A stretch of DNA of 64,000 nt from Rhina ancylostomus (lineage: Eukaryota). Location of the stretch: positions 15,839,608-15,903,607 of the forward strand of contig JARFYF010000017.1 in assembly GCA_030265395.1 (NCBI GenBank), given 5' to 3'. Positions 12,955 to 26,179 of this stretch are shown one piece after another. The translations under genes were made by a program, and so were the position numbers. The notes beneath the pieces were generated by a model. That model was given only the letters and a program-made list of their open reading frames with translations, was not told the origin of the DNA and searched no databases. Each line of letters starts with the position of its first letter. Positions within the stretch are counted from its first letter, which is position 1.

Positions 12955-14251
12955 TCAGAAGGATAAGAGTTATGATCACTTGGAAAGACAGGGACTGATT
13001 AGGAGGAGTCAGCATGGTTTTGTGCATGGGAAATCTTGGCTCTCAAATCTGATTGAGGAGGTTATTCAGAAATTTGATCAAGGCAAGGCACCAGAAGTGG
13101 TATACATGGACTTTAGCAAGGCTCTTGACAAAGTTCTTCGTGATAAGCTGGATCAGAAATTTAGGCACTTGGAATCCAAGGTGTTTTGGCAATCTGGGTC
13201 CAAAATTGGCTTGGTGAAAGGAGGCATAGGATAGAGGTAGAAGGTAGTTCTTCTGACTGGAAGTCTGTAACCAGTGGAGTACTGCAGGGGTCAGCGCTGG
13301 GATATTTGTTGTTTGTCATAAATGATTTGGATGAGAATGTCTGTGGTCATATAAGTAAGTTCGCTGATTACACAATGATTGGTAGAGTCATAGATAATGA
13401 GGACAGTTGCCTAAGGATACAGAGGGACATAGATCAGCTGGGGAGTTATGCGGAGCAATGGCATATGGAATTTAATCCGGACAAGTGTGATGTAATGCAT
13501 TTTGCGTCATCTAATACTAACTGGACATAGACAGTAAATGGTAGGGAAGCATTGATATACAGAGGGACCTTGGGGTGCAAGTTCATAGCTCCATGAAATG
13601 GTGACACAGATGGATAGGATAGTGAGGAAGGTGTTGAGCTTGTTTGCCTTCAGAGGCAAGTGTAGAGTGTAAGAGGTGGGACATTATGTTGCAGCTGTAG
13701 AAAGCTTTGGTTAGGCCACACTTAGAATACTGTGTGCAGTTCTTGTCAGCACATTATGGAAAGGATGTGGTAGCACTGAAAGAAGAGATTCGCCAGGACA
13801 TTGCTTGGAATGAGGGCGTTAGTTACAAGGAGAGATTGGATGGGCTGGGATTGTTTACACTGGAGCACAGGAGGCCGAGGGGTGACATTATAGAGGTTTA
13901 TAAAATTATGAGGGGCAGAGATAGAGTCACAGTCTTTTTCCAAGGGCAGGGGAGTCTAAAACTGGAGAATATTGGTTTAAGATGATAGGGGACTGATCTG
14001 AAGAAGAATTTATGGGTAAGTTTTTTACACGAAGGATGGTGAGCATATAGAACAAGCTGTAGGAGGAGGTGGTAGGGGCAGCTTCAATCACAGCATTTAA
14101 AAGACATTTGGACAGCACGTGGATAGGAAAGAAATAGAGAGGTATGGGCCCAGTGCATGAACATTAGAATAGCATAGATAGGCATCTAGGTCAGCATGGA
14201 TATGGAAGGCCGAAAGGCCTGTTTCCATGTTGTACAACACTATGACTCTAT
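12955..14251 (+). mobile_element. CR1 LINE, RT domain to 3' tail (decayed)
   Basis: SQHGF, VYMDFSKA.DKV, VTSGVLQGS, SKFAD, MEFNPDKC and VRPHLEYCVQF in several frames. Tail tatgactctatga. Confidence 0.92.
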
Positions 14252-16553
14252 GAAAACCTATGTGCAACAACATGAGAGAGTCCTGCACCAACCACTGTGT
14301 CGTGGAAATTGTGGGCAACACCATTCACATGGTTATGGAGCCAGCCATGAGGCAGTGACCAATAGCCAGGCTGCTATTGCCCTTGCTAAGGTGACGTAGA
14401 CTGAAGTCAACCCCTCTATATGCAGAGCTGCTTGAAGTTATTCTCTGAGGCAATCCACAGGCTCCTCCACTGATCGTCAGCAAGCTTCCACCTGGCCTGC
14501 TGCAACTAGAGGTCCGCACTGCTTAGCTACAGTTAATCTATACCGAGGTATATAAATTTGATGTGGAATTTTTGTGTTTTATTTTTGCATTGTTTCCAAC
14601 ATTCTAACTGGGGAAGGAAAGGTGTGGAACTATTGCAAATGGAGAATTGGGACTGTAAATACAGCTATTGCAATTAGAGGAGTTAGTCATGGAGAGCCCA
14701 ATTAGAAAGGAGCTGATAATATTGCCTCTTATCTTTCTCTTCCTTATATTTCTCACAGATTATCATTGGGCTGGTGGCAAGGAATGAACTACACACTTCC
14801 TATAATTGTACACTGGCTACACAATGTAGGACGGAACCCTTTCCAGTTGGAGAGCATCCTTATATTGTATGACTCTATGACTCTACCTCAGTTATCATTC
14901 AGTATCTACAAGTAATACACATGCATTTGACAGCAGCCTGCTTCATGGGAAAGTCTGCAGTATTCATGAGCCTGTGAGGTTGCTGCAAAGAAGGAATGAA
15001 ATGTAGCTGGATCTCTTTGAATTCTGCCTTTGAACCAATGCAAAAGTAAAACAAAAGTGTTGTAAATATCTCCAGCCCAAGCTAAATCCATGGTCACAGT
15101 GACCCTAGTAGATCTGAATACTGTGGTTCTCAGCTTGCACTGAAGATGTAAGGGCAAGAAGCAACCAGTGAGAATGCCCTTAGTGAAGCACTGTTCCTTT
15201 CTGAGGTTCATGTTGGAGAATTGCTTCCAGGACACAAAGGATAGATATGGTCTGCTGCTGAGGGACCTGCTTTCCCCTCTTCCTCCCTTCTCTAGGGGAG
15301 TCTGGTCCATGTGCCTTCTGCTTAGCTTTCCAATTATGCTGCATTCCCAGGTAAATGCCTGCTAATGAAAGTCTGATAACCACTGTGCAGATACCTTGAA
15401 GACGGGACAAATTCTTCTTGGTGCAGAATGGACACTCAGCAATAATACAGGGCATTAGCTGGACCATTCAGCTCCAAAGTTTCAGCACCAGCACCGGATC
15501 AATAATGCACGCTGATTGATTTCACAATCTGCCTGACTTTCACACTTCTGGTGAGTGCTGGTGACACACGGACTTGTGCCCCTCACCATTAGGTATCTGG
15601 GGAAAGTCATGCATGCATGTGCATGTGCCTATCAGAAGCAATGTTAAGAACAAAATCAGCAGCATTAGAACTCCAAAAGTCATGCCCCTTTTATGTGAAA
15701 TGGAGACATATTTGAATGATGAAAGACCAATGATGTGAGCATTGAGCAGACATATTTCCTTAAAAGGCAAGCAATTGCCTCATTCGCCAATTGGAAAAAC
15801 AGAAATGCTCAGTATCAACGAACCCTGTGGTTACTCACTGCTTAGCAGCTACCTCTAGTGGTGTCAAAAAATACATATTTGATCTTGACTACTTCAGGTA
15901 AACAATCTACAAAGAATAGGTCATTGAGCCCCAAGTTCCTCTCATACTCAGTGAACTGGATCTTAAAGCAGCATTGCCTTAAGGCACTAAAAGAACAATG
16001 GCTCAACATCATTTTAATTCAAACTGGTTACATATTATATAGAGATAGTTTTGTAATGAGGTTATCAATTTCAATTTGACTTCTATTGGTGCACTATATT
16101 TGTATTTGCTATATGCAGCATAAAAAGTGATTCAGCAAACTTCCTTAAAGTGAATTGACTTTTAATAAATGAGAAGTAGCAAAAATATTGAGGTAGATCT
16201 GTCATTCATTTGAACGGGGACTGCTGTGCTTGTGCAATGTTTAACTCAGTGGACAGATGTCTCCGCTTGAGAGCTGGGAAGCTTGTGGAAGATCACACTA
16301 TTCCTATGAACTACATGGAGAATCCAATGGCAGTAGAGTGGGAGGTGTTAGCGCCAGTTTAGGCTGATACCAGCAATGGCAACTGAGACTGCAGGTGTAC
16401 CCAGTTAAGCCCCAGCATAAGGATTGACATTGGGACAGAAGATCTGCCCGATAATGGTTACCAACTGGATTGATGTCAATTAGACTGCGACCAAAACAAC
16501 TTCTGGAGTGATTGTGCAGATAGCATTCTATTCCTTGGCCTTCACAACTATTT

Positions 16554-17975
16554 AGAGTCATAGAGATGTACAACATATAAAGAGGCCCAACTGGTCCATG
16601 CTGACCAAGATGCCCATCCAAGCTAGTCCCACCTGCCAGTGTTTGGTCCATATCTTTCTGAATCTTTCCTATCCATTTCTGACATTTCCATTTCACTTAC
16701 TTTTCCATCTTTTTCCATTGTCTCTCTGTGGCCTGCTTCTGCATAACAATGGAAGAAGGAGTAGAGCATTTGACCCCTTGTGCCTGCTCTGCCATTCAAT
16801 AAAGTCATGACAGATCTTCTACCTTGATGACATCCTCCTGCATATCACTTGATTCTCCTAGGATCTAAAAATCTCTCGATCTTTGACTTGAATATACTCA
16901 GCAACTGTGGCCTCGCAGATCTCAGACAATTCCAAGATTCACAGCCCTCTGGGCGAAGAAATTTCTTCTCACCTTTGTTCTGTCAAACCCTGATTCCAGA
17001 AACCCCAGTCAATCATCCCTGCTTCTACCCTACCAAGGCCTGTTATAATTTTACACATTTCAATCAGATCATCTCTCATTCTTCTGCACTCAATAGGCCT
17101 GCTTAATCTCACTTTAAGGACAATACCTCATCCCAGGGTTCAACTTTGTGAACTTGGTCACACTCCCTCTATCAGTGAGTAACCTTCCTTAGGTAGGGAG
17201 ACCAGATCTCTACATATTCCAGCTGCAGTCTCTTCAGGACCCTATGTAGTTGGAACAATACCCCTCTACTCTTGTAATTGTAATCTCCTGCAATAAAGGC
17301 CAAAATATAATTTGCTGTCTTAATTGCTAGCAATATATGCATGATAACTTTCAGTGAGTTGTCTGCAAGAACGGCCAGTTCCTCTGAACTCAAGCACTAT
17401 TCAATCTCTCACTATTTATAAAACAGTCCATGTTTTTTTTTAATTCATTGTATTTTATCTGCCACGTCCTCATCCATTCATTTAACCTGTCCATATTCCC
17501 TGAAGCCTCCCTGCATCCTTCTCTCTTGCTACACTCTCACTCAGCGTTGTATCATCAACAGACCTGCATTCATTACACTTGATCCCCTCATTAAAATCAT
17601 TGATATAGATTGGAAACAGCTGAGTTCCCAGCATCCAGCACTGTGCCCCCTCCCTAGCCCCTCAACCTGAAAATGATCTGCTTATTCTTATCCTCTGTTT
17701 TCTATCTGTTAAACAATCCTCAATACGAATGCGCGTGCTCCAATTCTGCTTGATAATCTCTTGCATGGAACCTTATCGAATGCTTCTGAAAGTCCAAATA
17801 CATGACATTAACAAGTTAGACCTTATCTATTTTTCCAGTTACAATCTTAAAGACCTCTAACTAATTTGTTAAGTAAGACTTCCCTTTCATAAATCCATGC
17901 TCACTCTGCCCAGTTGTATTCTTATTTTATAAATGCTTTTTTACCACTTCCTTAACAATAGATTTCTGTATTTTC
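16554..17975 (-). mobile_element. Composite of CR1 fragments
   Basis: tagagtcatagag tail, RLQLEYVEIWSPYLRK on the minus strand, and antisense QHGF.KGKS at ~17880-17900. Confidence 0.75.
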
Positions 17976-20900
17976 CCCACTGTCAACTCCTTATCCCTCT
18001 TACAACAGAGATTATACTGCTTGCTGCATCTTTTATTCATCTTTCACATAGCCATCCTCAGCAAATCACATCCTTGGTCTCACCCTATTCATAATTTACA
18101 CTTTGCTGTTTGGAAGCATTATGTAGCAATGCCCAGCTGTGCCCCTTCCCTCTTCCATTGATCGACAGATGATAGCTGAAGTTTTTAACTGCCCTCCTGG
18201 TGTGGAGACCCAAAAAAGGCAATATTTTCCTCTTTTCAAAAGTAAACATGTTACTTTTTGTTACTAGTAACACCCAATGCCCCTGACTTTATCCCCATTA
18301 GTTTTCTCAGCTAATACCCTAATCCAAGTCAAAAGTTACAAGAGTTCAACCTCAGTGGCTTAGACTCTAGCCTGTGCTCGCAACATTGTGAACTTCATTT
18401 ATACAGAAATAGCCAAATGGTTTTCACAGGATAATAAAGAGAAAGAAAGCATGTAAGTTTTGACAACTGTGAGGAATATTGAACGCTGTTGATTGTTCCC
18501 ATCCCTTAGATAATTCAGTTGCTGTCATTTATTGACTGTCCATATTGCACCATGATTTGAATGCGGATGAATTGCATGGCCGTGCACTTCAAGATGACTG
18601 GAAACATGCCTTGCATCTCACCACCTTAATACTGGGCAACTGCTACCAGAATTGGGGCAAACTAGAGATTTGGAGCAATTTGCCCATCTCTGACATTGGC
18701 CCACACAAAAGGGTGGCACAATAAGGGAGTTGGGAGGATGAGGAGAGTTGAACATCAGGGGCTGGCAAGCTAGCTGCATTACAATGAGGAGGGTAAAAAT
18801 GCAATGCCCACATCCACACCCATTTTGGAGGCTATCAAATATAGCTTTCCTGCCACCACCCCTTGCCTTTGTCTACTTTTAATTCTTAATTCAAGAATCA
18901 GTTTAACCTTCATTATATGCAATAACCTGCACAATATTCCAGTCACAGCACTCAAGGACTGTCTGCCTAGATGCATGTTTACAGTGGGCGAGGTGACCAC
19001 CATTAATTTCCTTCATCCTGTGAAAGGCAACTCATTTCCCAACTGGGCAAGTAGTAATAACCTTCTGTGTTTTTTGTTAACGTTTGCCAAGTGGGCAAGG
19101 CAGCTGAGATAGTCACAGGCAGCCCTGGGATTTGAACCTTTGACATTCCTGAACAGGAACTAAGTACAGCAATCAACTAAACTGCCTAGCTACACATTTT
19201 CTCATTCCTCTTAATAATTTGCTTCTTCCACTTGGTTCCCAGCAAACAAAAAGAATCAGGTTTTGTGTGAATAACAGGCTCTTTAACTCTGCCAGTGACA
19301 TAGAAACTGTTCATTTCATTTCACATGTTGTTCTTGGCTTACAACTTGCAGAGGGATCATTTAAATTGTTCTAGGCTGAGAAATTTGGATCTGTGCACCT
19401 TGAGGCTCAGATAAGTAAAATGGACTCAAAAACAAATCATGGTTACTTGGCAGCATTGGTGCAGAAGGAGGCCATTCAGTCCTTGACATTGGTCTATTGA
19501 GTCCTCCAATAGAATGGCAGACAATGGAATTAATGGAGTTGTCCTTAATTCCATTTCCCCATTTTTGCTTCACATCCCTCATCATCTTACAAAAATTAGT
19601 TCATCTCAATCATGACCTAAAATCCATATCATTTGCTTGCAAAATGTTTCCTGATATCGGTCCCAAATGAACTTCTTCCAAGAAGGGCATTTTGCTTCTT
19701 TAACAAACAGTTTTGAGCAAAAGAGGGAAATCCTCCAGTCTGCACAGGGGCACCAGTGGAGGATGGAAAAACACACTTACTTGTGAATTGGAACATATCA
19801 GTGATAAATATACGTGTTTGTCATTTTAAATTTGATCAATCTGAATAAGATGACGACTGCACGTGCTTTATTTGTAGTTCTGATCTCAAATCACCATGAC
19901 TCTCTATGAGCTCAACTATGAATTTTAAGTTGCAGGCACATTATATTTAATCATCCAGTGCTGGAAAGTGGGGACAGAGAATGAGTTGATGCAGGATGCA
20001 TACAAATGTGTGCTGTCACTTCAGTAACATAGTTTCAGTGACTGGGCAGTGGTAATCATACTGTTTATTGCACTGGGGCTCAGTGTTTTGAGTGACTTTG
20101 GGCAATTCAAGCTAATGAGCACTGAATAAAGCTCTGCATGCATCTCTTAAAGCAGAAGTAGTTTGTGCATGAAACTAGTGATGGAAGTCATTCTAAAGCC
20201 CTTATCTGGATGGGACGGCAGAATACATGATTTTCTGAAGCACTTCCAGAGGCCTTGGTGAACAAGATGGAAGGAGGGGAGATTAAACCAACAGACAGCC
20301 TGGAACTCAATCACCCTCCATCCCCATTTCCCATCAGACACACAGAGAATCAACGGTGGGAAGAGGCAGCAAATGAACTTAATGTGAGAAGTCCCTGGCA
20401 TGTCGATGCAGTGTTGCAAGCGGAGAAATGATCTCATTGTGAGTGTGGGTCAAGGTCAGTTTATACATCATTAAATGCCATCTCCCACCCCCAGCCTCAC
20501 ATACTGGTCTGTGAAATATACTCTAATACTGGCCTATCAAAAAGTTCTTTCATCCAGGCTGGAAGCAAACTTTCAACTTTACTGTACCAAGCCACACAGC
20601 TAAACTTTAGAGCTTCCACAGTGAACAAACACAGCTCCAACGGCTCACCACCTTGTGGTCTGAATGCTGGCCATGAGTGGAGCAGCTGCCACAGTGTCCA
20701 TGCCAGCTGTAGTTCAGAGTCCAATAATAATGACAATATAATCATATATGCTTGGAGTCTAGGACTCAATGACTGAAAGGGTGATGGAAGGAGAAAACAT
20801 TCTCGACATGTAAAAGTATCCAGATGAGCAGTTGAATGGCCATAACCTGCAGGGATATGGAGCAAGGGCTGGGAAGTGGAGGTAACTTTAAGTACATTTT

Positions 20901-21959
20901 TGGCCAGCAAAGGTACAATGGGGCAAATGGTCACCTTTTGCACAGTAGAGTTCCATGATTCTACGATAATCAATTTCCAATGAAATCATAATACTTTCAA
21001 GAGAGAGATGGAAAAAAGGGGAAGGTTTAACCCTTACTGTTCATCTGTTCTAAATGTCTGTTTCGTATAGTTAGGTAGCACTATGCTTATGATATATCCT
21101 TATATGGCTAAATTAGAAGGCTCACTGAATAGTGTTTTCAAAGTTTGGTGGTATAAAATCATACCAGAATACCTTTCTTGAATACTTATATCCAGCTGTT
21201 GATTTTCTTTTGTTAAAGTGAAATCAAAGTATAATTGACGATGTTGATGTTTCAAAGTATAACTCACAAGCATCAGAAAACTACCGTATTCTTGCCTCTT
21301 AAGGTCATAGGCTTGAACATTGTAAGAAAACATGTTGAACCGACACTAGTTCTACTGGAAGAAATAATCCTCTCAGCATGAATGGAATGCACCTGATCCT
21401 CAGGATCCTCATTAACCTTTAACCTGAGCTGGCTTGTGTTTTCTCTTATGATGTTAAATGTCTAAAAATGCTATTTAAACCTACATCTGTTCTTAATTTA
21501 AAGCCCACTGGAAATGAAAGATCACAGCTGGTGGCAGACAACAATTAGCCTCAGAGTTCCCAGACAGAGGGGAACGTTAATGCCCCTCATGACTTTTGAG
21601 TAATTCCCATTGGAAAGTGTGTGTTTTGGTACCCTAAGAAAAGGCTAGGATCAATTACAACAATGAAGTTGTTTGGCCAGTTAATGCACCAATGCTCACT
21701 GACATATGAATAATAGTCAGCCCTGGTTAAACTGAGCTCCAGAAGAAAAGAGAAAATTAGGAAAATAAAACACTCAACAGAAATTAACTATAGAGCTGAA
21801 AATCTCCATTGAATATTCCTGAAAGGTTAGCTTTAGTGCCTGATCCAAAATGGGAATCGGGTGAAGAAATGGCATTTTGACATAATTTTTTGGAATACGT
21901 CCATTTGTGATTTTTCATTGACGACCATGTAAAAGTTGTTAGGGAAAAGCATCCTCACT

Positions 21960-22060
21960 CCCAGTCCTGATGCAGGGTTTCGACCTGAAACTGTGACAAT
22001 TCCTTTCCTCCCACAGATGTTGCTTCACCCGCTGAGTTCTTCCAGCAGATTGTTCGTTGT
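21960..22060 (+). repeat. Hairpin/pLTR family half-copy with best-preserved hammerhead-like motif
   Basis: gtc CTGATGCA gggt ttcg acct GAAAC tgt gac, followed by the family body ccacagatgttgct..cccgctgagttcttccagca. Confidence 0.65.
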
Positions 22061-24591
22061 CTTTGAGACCTCTTTAGCTATTTAGCTTACTTGAAGGCAG
22101 ATTTGCCCCTGCTTAGATCACTTTGAATCCCTAATTCCACCAATAAGCCTTTTTTAAAAACTAAGATTAAATGTTGCCTTTGACCTCATTTCTGTTGATG
22201 TTGTAGTAGCAACATTCTGGAAGGTCCAAGAACCTTTGGCCTTTTCTTTTCTCTGGATATCGGAACACATTTTTCGAACAGTGGCGATAATTTATTTTTA
22301 AAAACTGAATTACTAAGGCAGATAACTTGAAATAGCTTACAACCTAAAATATGTATAAATATAGCCCAGGAACTCCCAGTGAAGATCAGTGCAAGTATAA
22401 CTGGATCCCAGCTCATATTCTACCTTTGTATTCCATGTGGATGGGAGCCAGTGCTCTGACGCATTCTAATGAATTAACCATTGACTGCTGTCTTGAAGGA
22501 ACTCTTATATAATGTCTTACATTTGAAAAGGAATGCTGCAGTTTTGTGATTTACCTGCATATTTTGTTTTCCAATGACAAAATTAACAGTAAATGATGAC
22601 CAAAATATTTCTCCATTGGAACAGAATTGAAAGAATATTTTCCTGATGTAAATAATTGACTAAACAAATCCCCAATTTTTATTTGCTAATTGACCTAGTT
22701 ATGCCCTATTCATAATGGACACATCAATCTCATTCCAGCCATACATCGCACACTATTATTTATTATTGACCCATCCTACTTCTCATCTACATTCTTCCTG
22801 TCACAAAATCGCCCACCTGAAAACACAGCATTTTCACATGTGTGTCACTGAAAACCCTTTACCAGCATAAATCTATTAATCTAATTTTTGAAGTTTTTAG
22901 TTGACAGTCTTATCAATGTTTTAGGAAACAGAGATTCAGAGTTCCACTACGTTTTGTGAAAGGAATATTTTCTTCTTCATCCGCTGACCCTAAACCCTAA
23001 CTTCCAAAAAACTCAGCTGTTTCTTGGGTTAAGCCCCCTTTGTTGTCGACTCATCCAGAATGATTTACTTAAACACATTAATTAGGGCACAGACATCCCA
23101 GTCCAAAGAATGGAATGTAAAATGCATCCATAGAATTCATTTTGATTAATTTCCATTGTATTCACATGGGGTGTATCAATTGGGGATTCTTTCATCTATT
23201 TACATGGTGCAGGAGAAAGAGTTTGAACTGATCTAGGACTTTCATAATATGGAATGTGCAAGCACCTTAATGCCTTGGCTCACGTGGTCTGTCCTTCACC
23301 ACCTGACTATGAACTTCACAAAGAAGGGCTTGTTTCAAGGTCCTCCGTAAGAATGTGAAGGTGATGCTTGAACAAAGGAATAATCAATTTGTCTGTCATC
23401 TGTGTCCAGGTAAGTTCTAATGTTTAGACAAAGTGAACAAGCTCCTCAAATCAGTGACCTTGACTAGTACTCTGCCAAGTATGTTTTACTTTACCGTAAA
23501 CCACAGGTGATATGTTCCTTCAGGAATTTTCTTTTACTGATTTAGAGTATGTAAGCATCACTGCCAAGACCAGTAACTTAGAGCAATTCCCTGCTCTAAA
23601 TGCCCAGGAGAAGGTGGGAATGAACTGACGAATTGGTGCAGTCCATGAGGTGAAGGTGACTCCATAATGCGCTAGGGTAGGGAGTTCCATTATTTAGATC
23701 CAGTGGCAATGAAGTAATGTCCCAAACATTCAGAAGGTCCATAGCCCCTCAATAATTCTATAATAATCTTTTATCTTCTCTATTGAGAAAACAACAGTGA
23801 TGATATTTCAATGCCAATTCATTGGTTTCGATCCTAGGGTCATGAATATATTTGCTTCCATTTACTTATTGATTTTGCTTTCTTTATATATAAAATTCTT
23901 CACTTTTTTTATTGCCTTCCCAGTTAAACAGCATCTCCTAAACCTATGATTTCCATGATCTAAAAGAACAAGAGCAGCAAATTCACAGAAGTGCCATCTG
24001 GTCCGGGTCACATACCATTCTGACCAGAACATGTATTGTGACAGTTTTATTGTTTCTGGTGTCAAGACATAGAATTGTATATTCAACAGTGCTATCATCA
24101 TGCAGACTGTAATACTTCAAGAAGGTTGGTTCATTGTCATCTTTTCAATGGCAAATACTGATAGTTCCAGCCTTCCTGATGACAGCCATATCCCAGGAAC
24201 CCAAGACAAGCATAAACATTTTGTTTTTATTGCAGATGAACTTCATTAGTCTCTTTCTTTGCTGTCTTATACATGTTGGAATGTCAATTGACCTTTTGGC
24301 AATGACAGCCCATGACTGATGATGGCTCCCAGTGGTCAATTCTCTCCTGAACTGTTCTCAATACATAAAGTTCCATCTCATTAAACTGTGGTTTTCTGTT
24401 TCTTTTCTGAGTAGCTTGTTCCAACTTTTACCACTGCCAATGCAATGTCATCGCATCTGTCAAGTAACTAATTTCTAGTCACTAAAGTGGAAAATTCTGG
24501 ATCAGTTTAATTGGATGCCTTAATTTACCTCCTGAATAGGTCAGGGTGTAGAATGCACTGAATAAGCAAGATAATTGTTCAAATAAATCTA

Positions 24592-25200
24592 TTTATTTGT
24601 GATGATATTGCATTAGCCACACAAGGCGATTCTTTTGAGGCAATTGAACAAGTGCTTGGAATAATTCTGCACACTATGGAAGAATACTTCCAAATCTAGT
24701 GCTTGAATCCTATTGGTTCTAAGGCAATCACATCCTTGTTCCATCTCAACTAGTCTCAGCGCAATTCTGTGAACAACCATAATGCAATAAACACCAGAAT
24801 TTATTGGACGGGACTGTCAGTTATCACCAATATCTTGAAATTTCTGAGAAAAAGTGACCAGGGTGAACATCAAATAGAAGCTGGAACAATGAAAATCAAA
24901 ACAATTTGGATGTTGATTTCCGACATAAAATCAGAAAGTGCTGAAGATACTCAGTTGGTCAGGAGGCATCCATGGAGAGAGAAAAACAGTGTTAATGTTT
25001 CAGGTCAGTGACCCATCAAGCTGGTACAGCCTGGGTAAGCAATGGTCCTACCCTCTGTAGATTGACTCTGGCATTGGAAATGTTCTGTGGAAGTGGGCTG
25101 TGCTCCTGTTTGGTGAATGCCACCATTGATGGTGGTAGTCTGAGATCCACACTAGTTTTGCGGCTACTGGCGTTATTGAATTCCCTGCACGACAGGAAGA
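24592..25200 (+). mobile_element. Decayed Ingi/Vingi-like (I-group) LINE RT fragment, interrupted at ~24920-25018 by a hairpin-family half-copy
   Basis: Manual translation FICDDIALATQGDSFEAIEQVL..LHTMEEYFQI*CLNP..SK...LFHLN, then AGTAW...TL..LTLAL and frameshifted CAPVW. Confidence 0.55.
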
Positions 25201-26179
25201 GATTTGGCTATATTTCACAATTACAAGATCATGGCTGACCCTGAACTCTTGCCCTATGAAGACATTGCCCAGTCACTGAGATGCAAGTCTGAGTAAACCA
25301 AATTATTCTGGTCACAAACAATCAAGTTTTCATCAATTGGGTGCTGAAAGTCAATAGAGAAAAATCTGTTCTGCAGCACCAAAATCAGACAAAAATTTAC
25401 TCAAGCAGCTGTCTATCACTTGGCATTGAAGACTCACCAAAAGGTGCAGTCAGTGAGTGGCATTGCAAATCAAGGCCTGAACTTGCATACTACGGAGGGA
25501 CTGAAGCAATCCACTTAACTAGCCTAGATGAAAACAACTGGCTTTCAAACCTCAACTTTAATGTGCAATTTTCTGACATTACTTGTCCAAGCCACGCAAA
25601 AGAGGAACTAAATGCATGTGGTCAACATTAAACCTTTTGTCTTAGTTTCCTTTTGTCTTAGTTTTCTTATCCTTTATCACTTGCTTCATTTAAAATATTC
25701 AGAACTTCCTCATTTAACATTAGTTTTAGACTAGTATGTTTTATTGCATATGGGTGGGTCAAATTCCTTCCAGTGAGAAATCCATCCTCATGGCCATCAA
25801 AATTTCAACCTATGTGGAGAGGTTATTTGGCTTAGATTAATGATTATACAAACTTCTCTTGTTTCCTCTTGGCTGAAGCTTGGATTTACTCTTGTGCAAA
25901 AGTTTTCTTTTTAATTTATTCATGCATGAGGTGTGAACTTTATTGCTAAGGCTCACTCGAGTTGTGTATCCTGATTGGCCGTGAACCATGTGGCTGACTG
26001 AATCATTTTAGAGGAGAGGCAACCGCATTCCAAGCACTTGTTCAACTGTATTTTCGTCTGAGTGAGAAAAGGCAAGGATGTATGCATTAACTATGCCATT
26101 TTAGGTATTGATGACTGTTGGATTGATCATTGCTTAATCTGCTGTTATCTTCATCAGCCTGGTCCCAAAACAATGGGAA

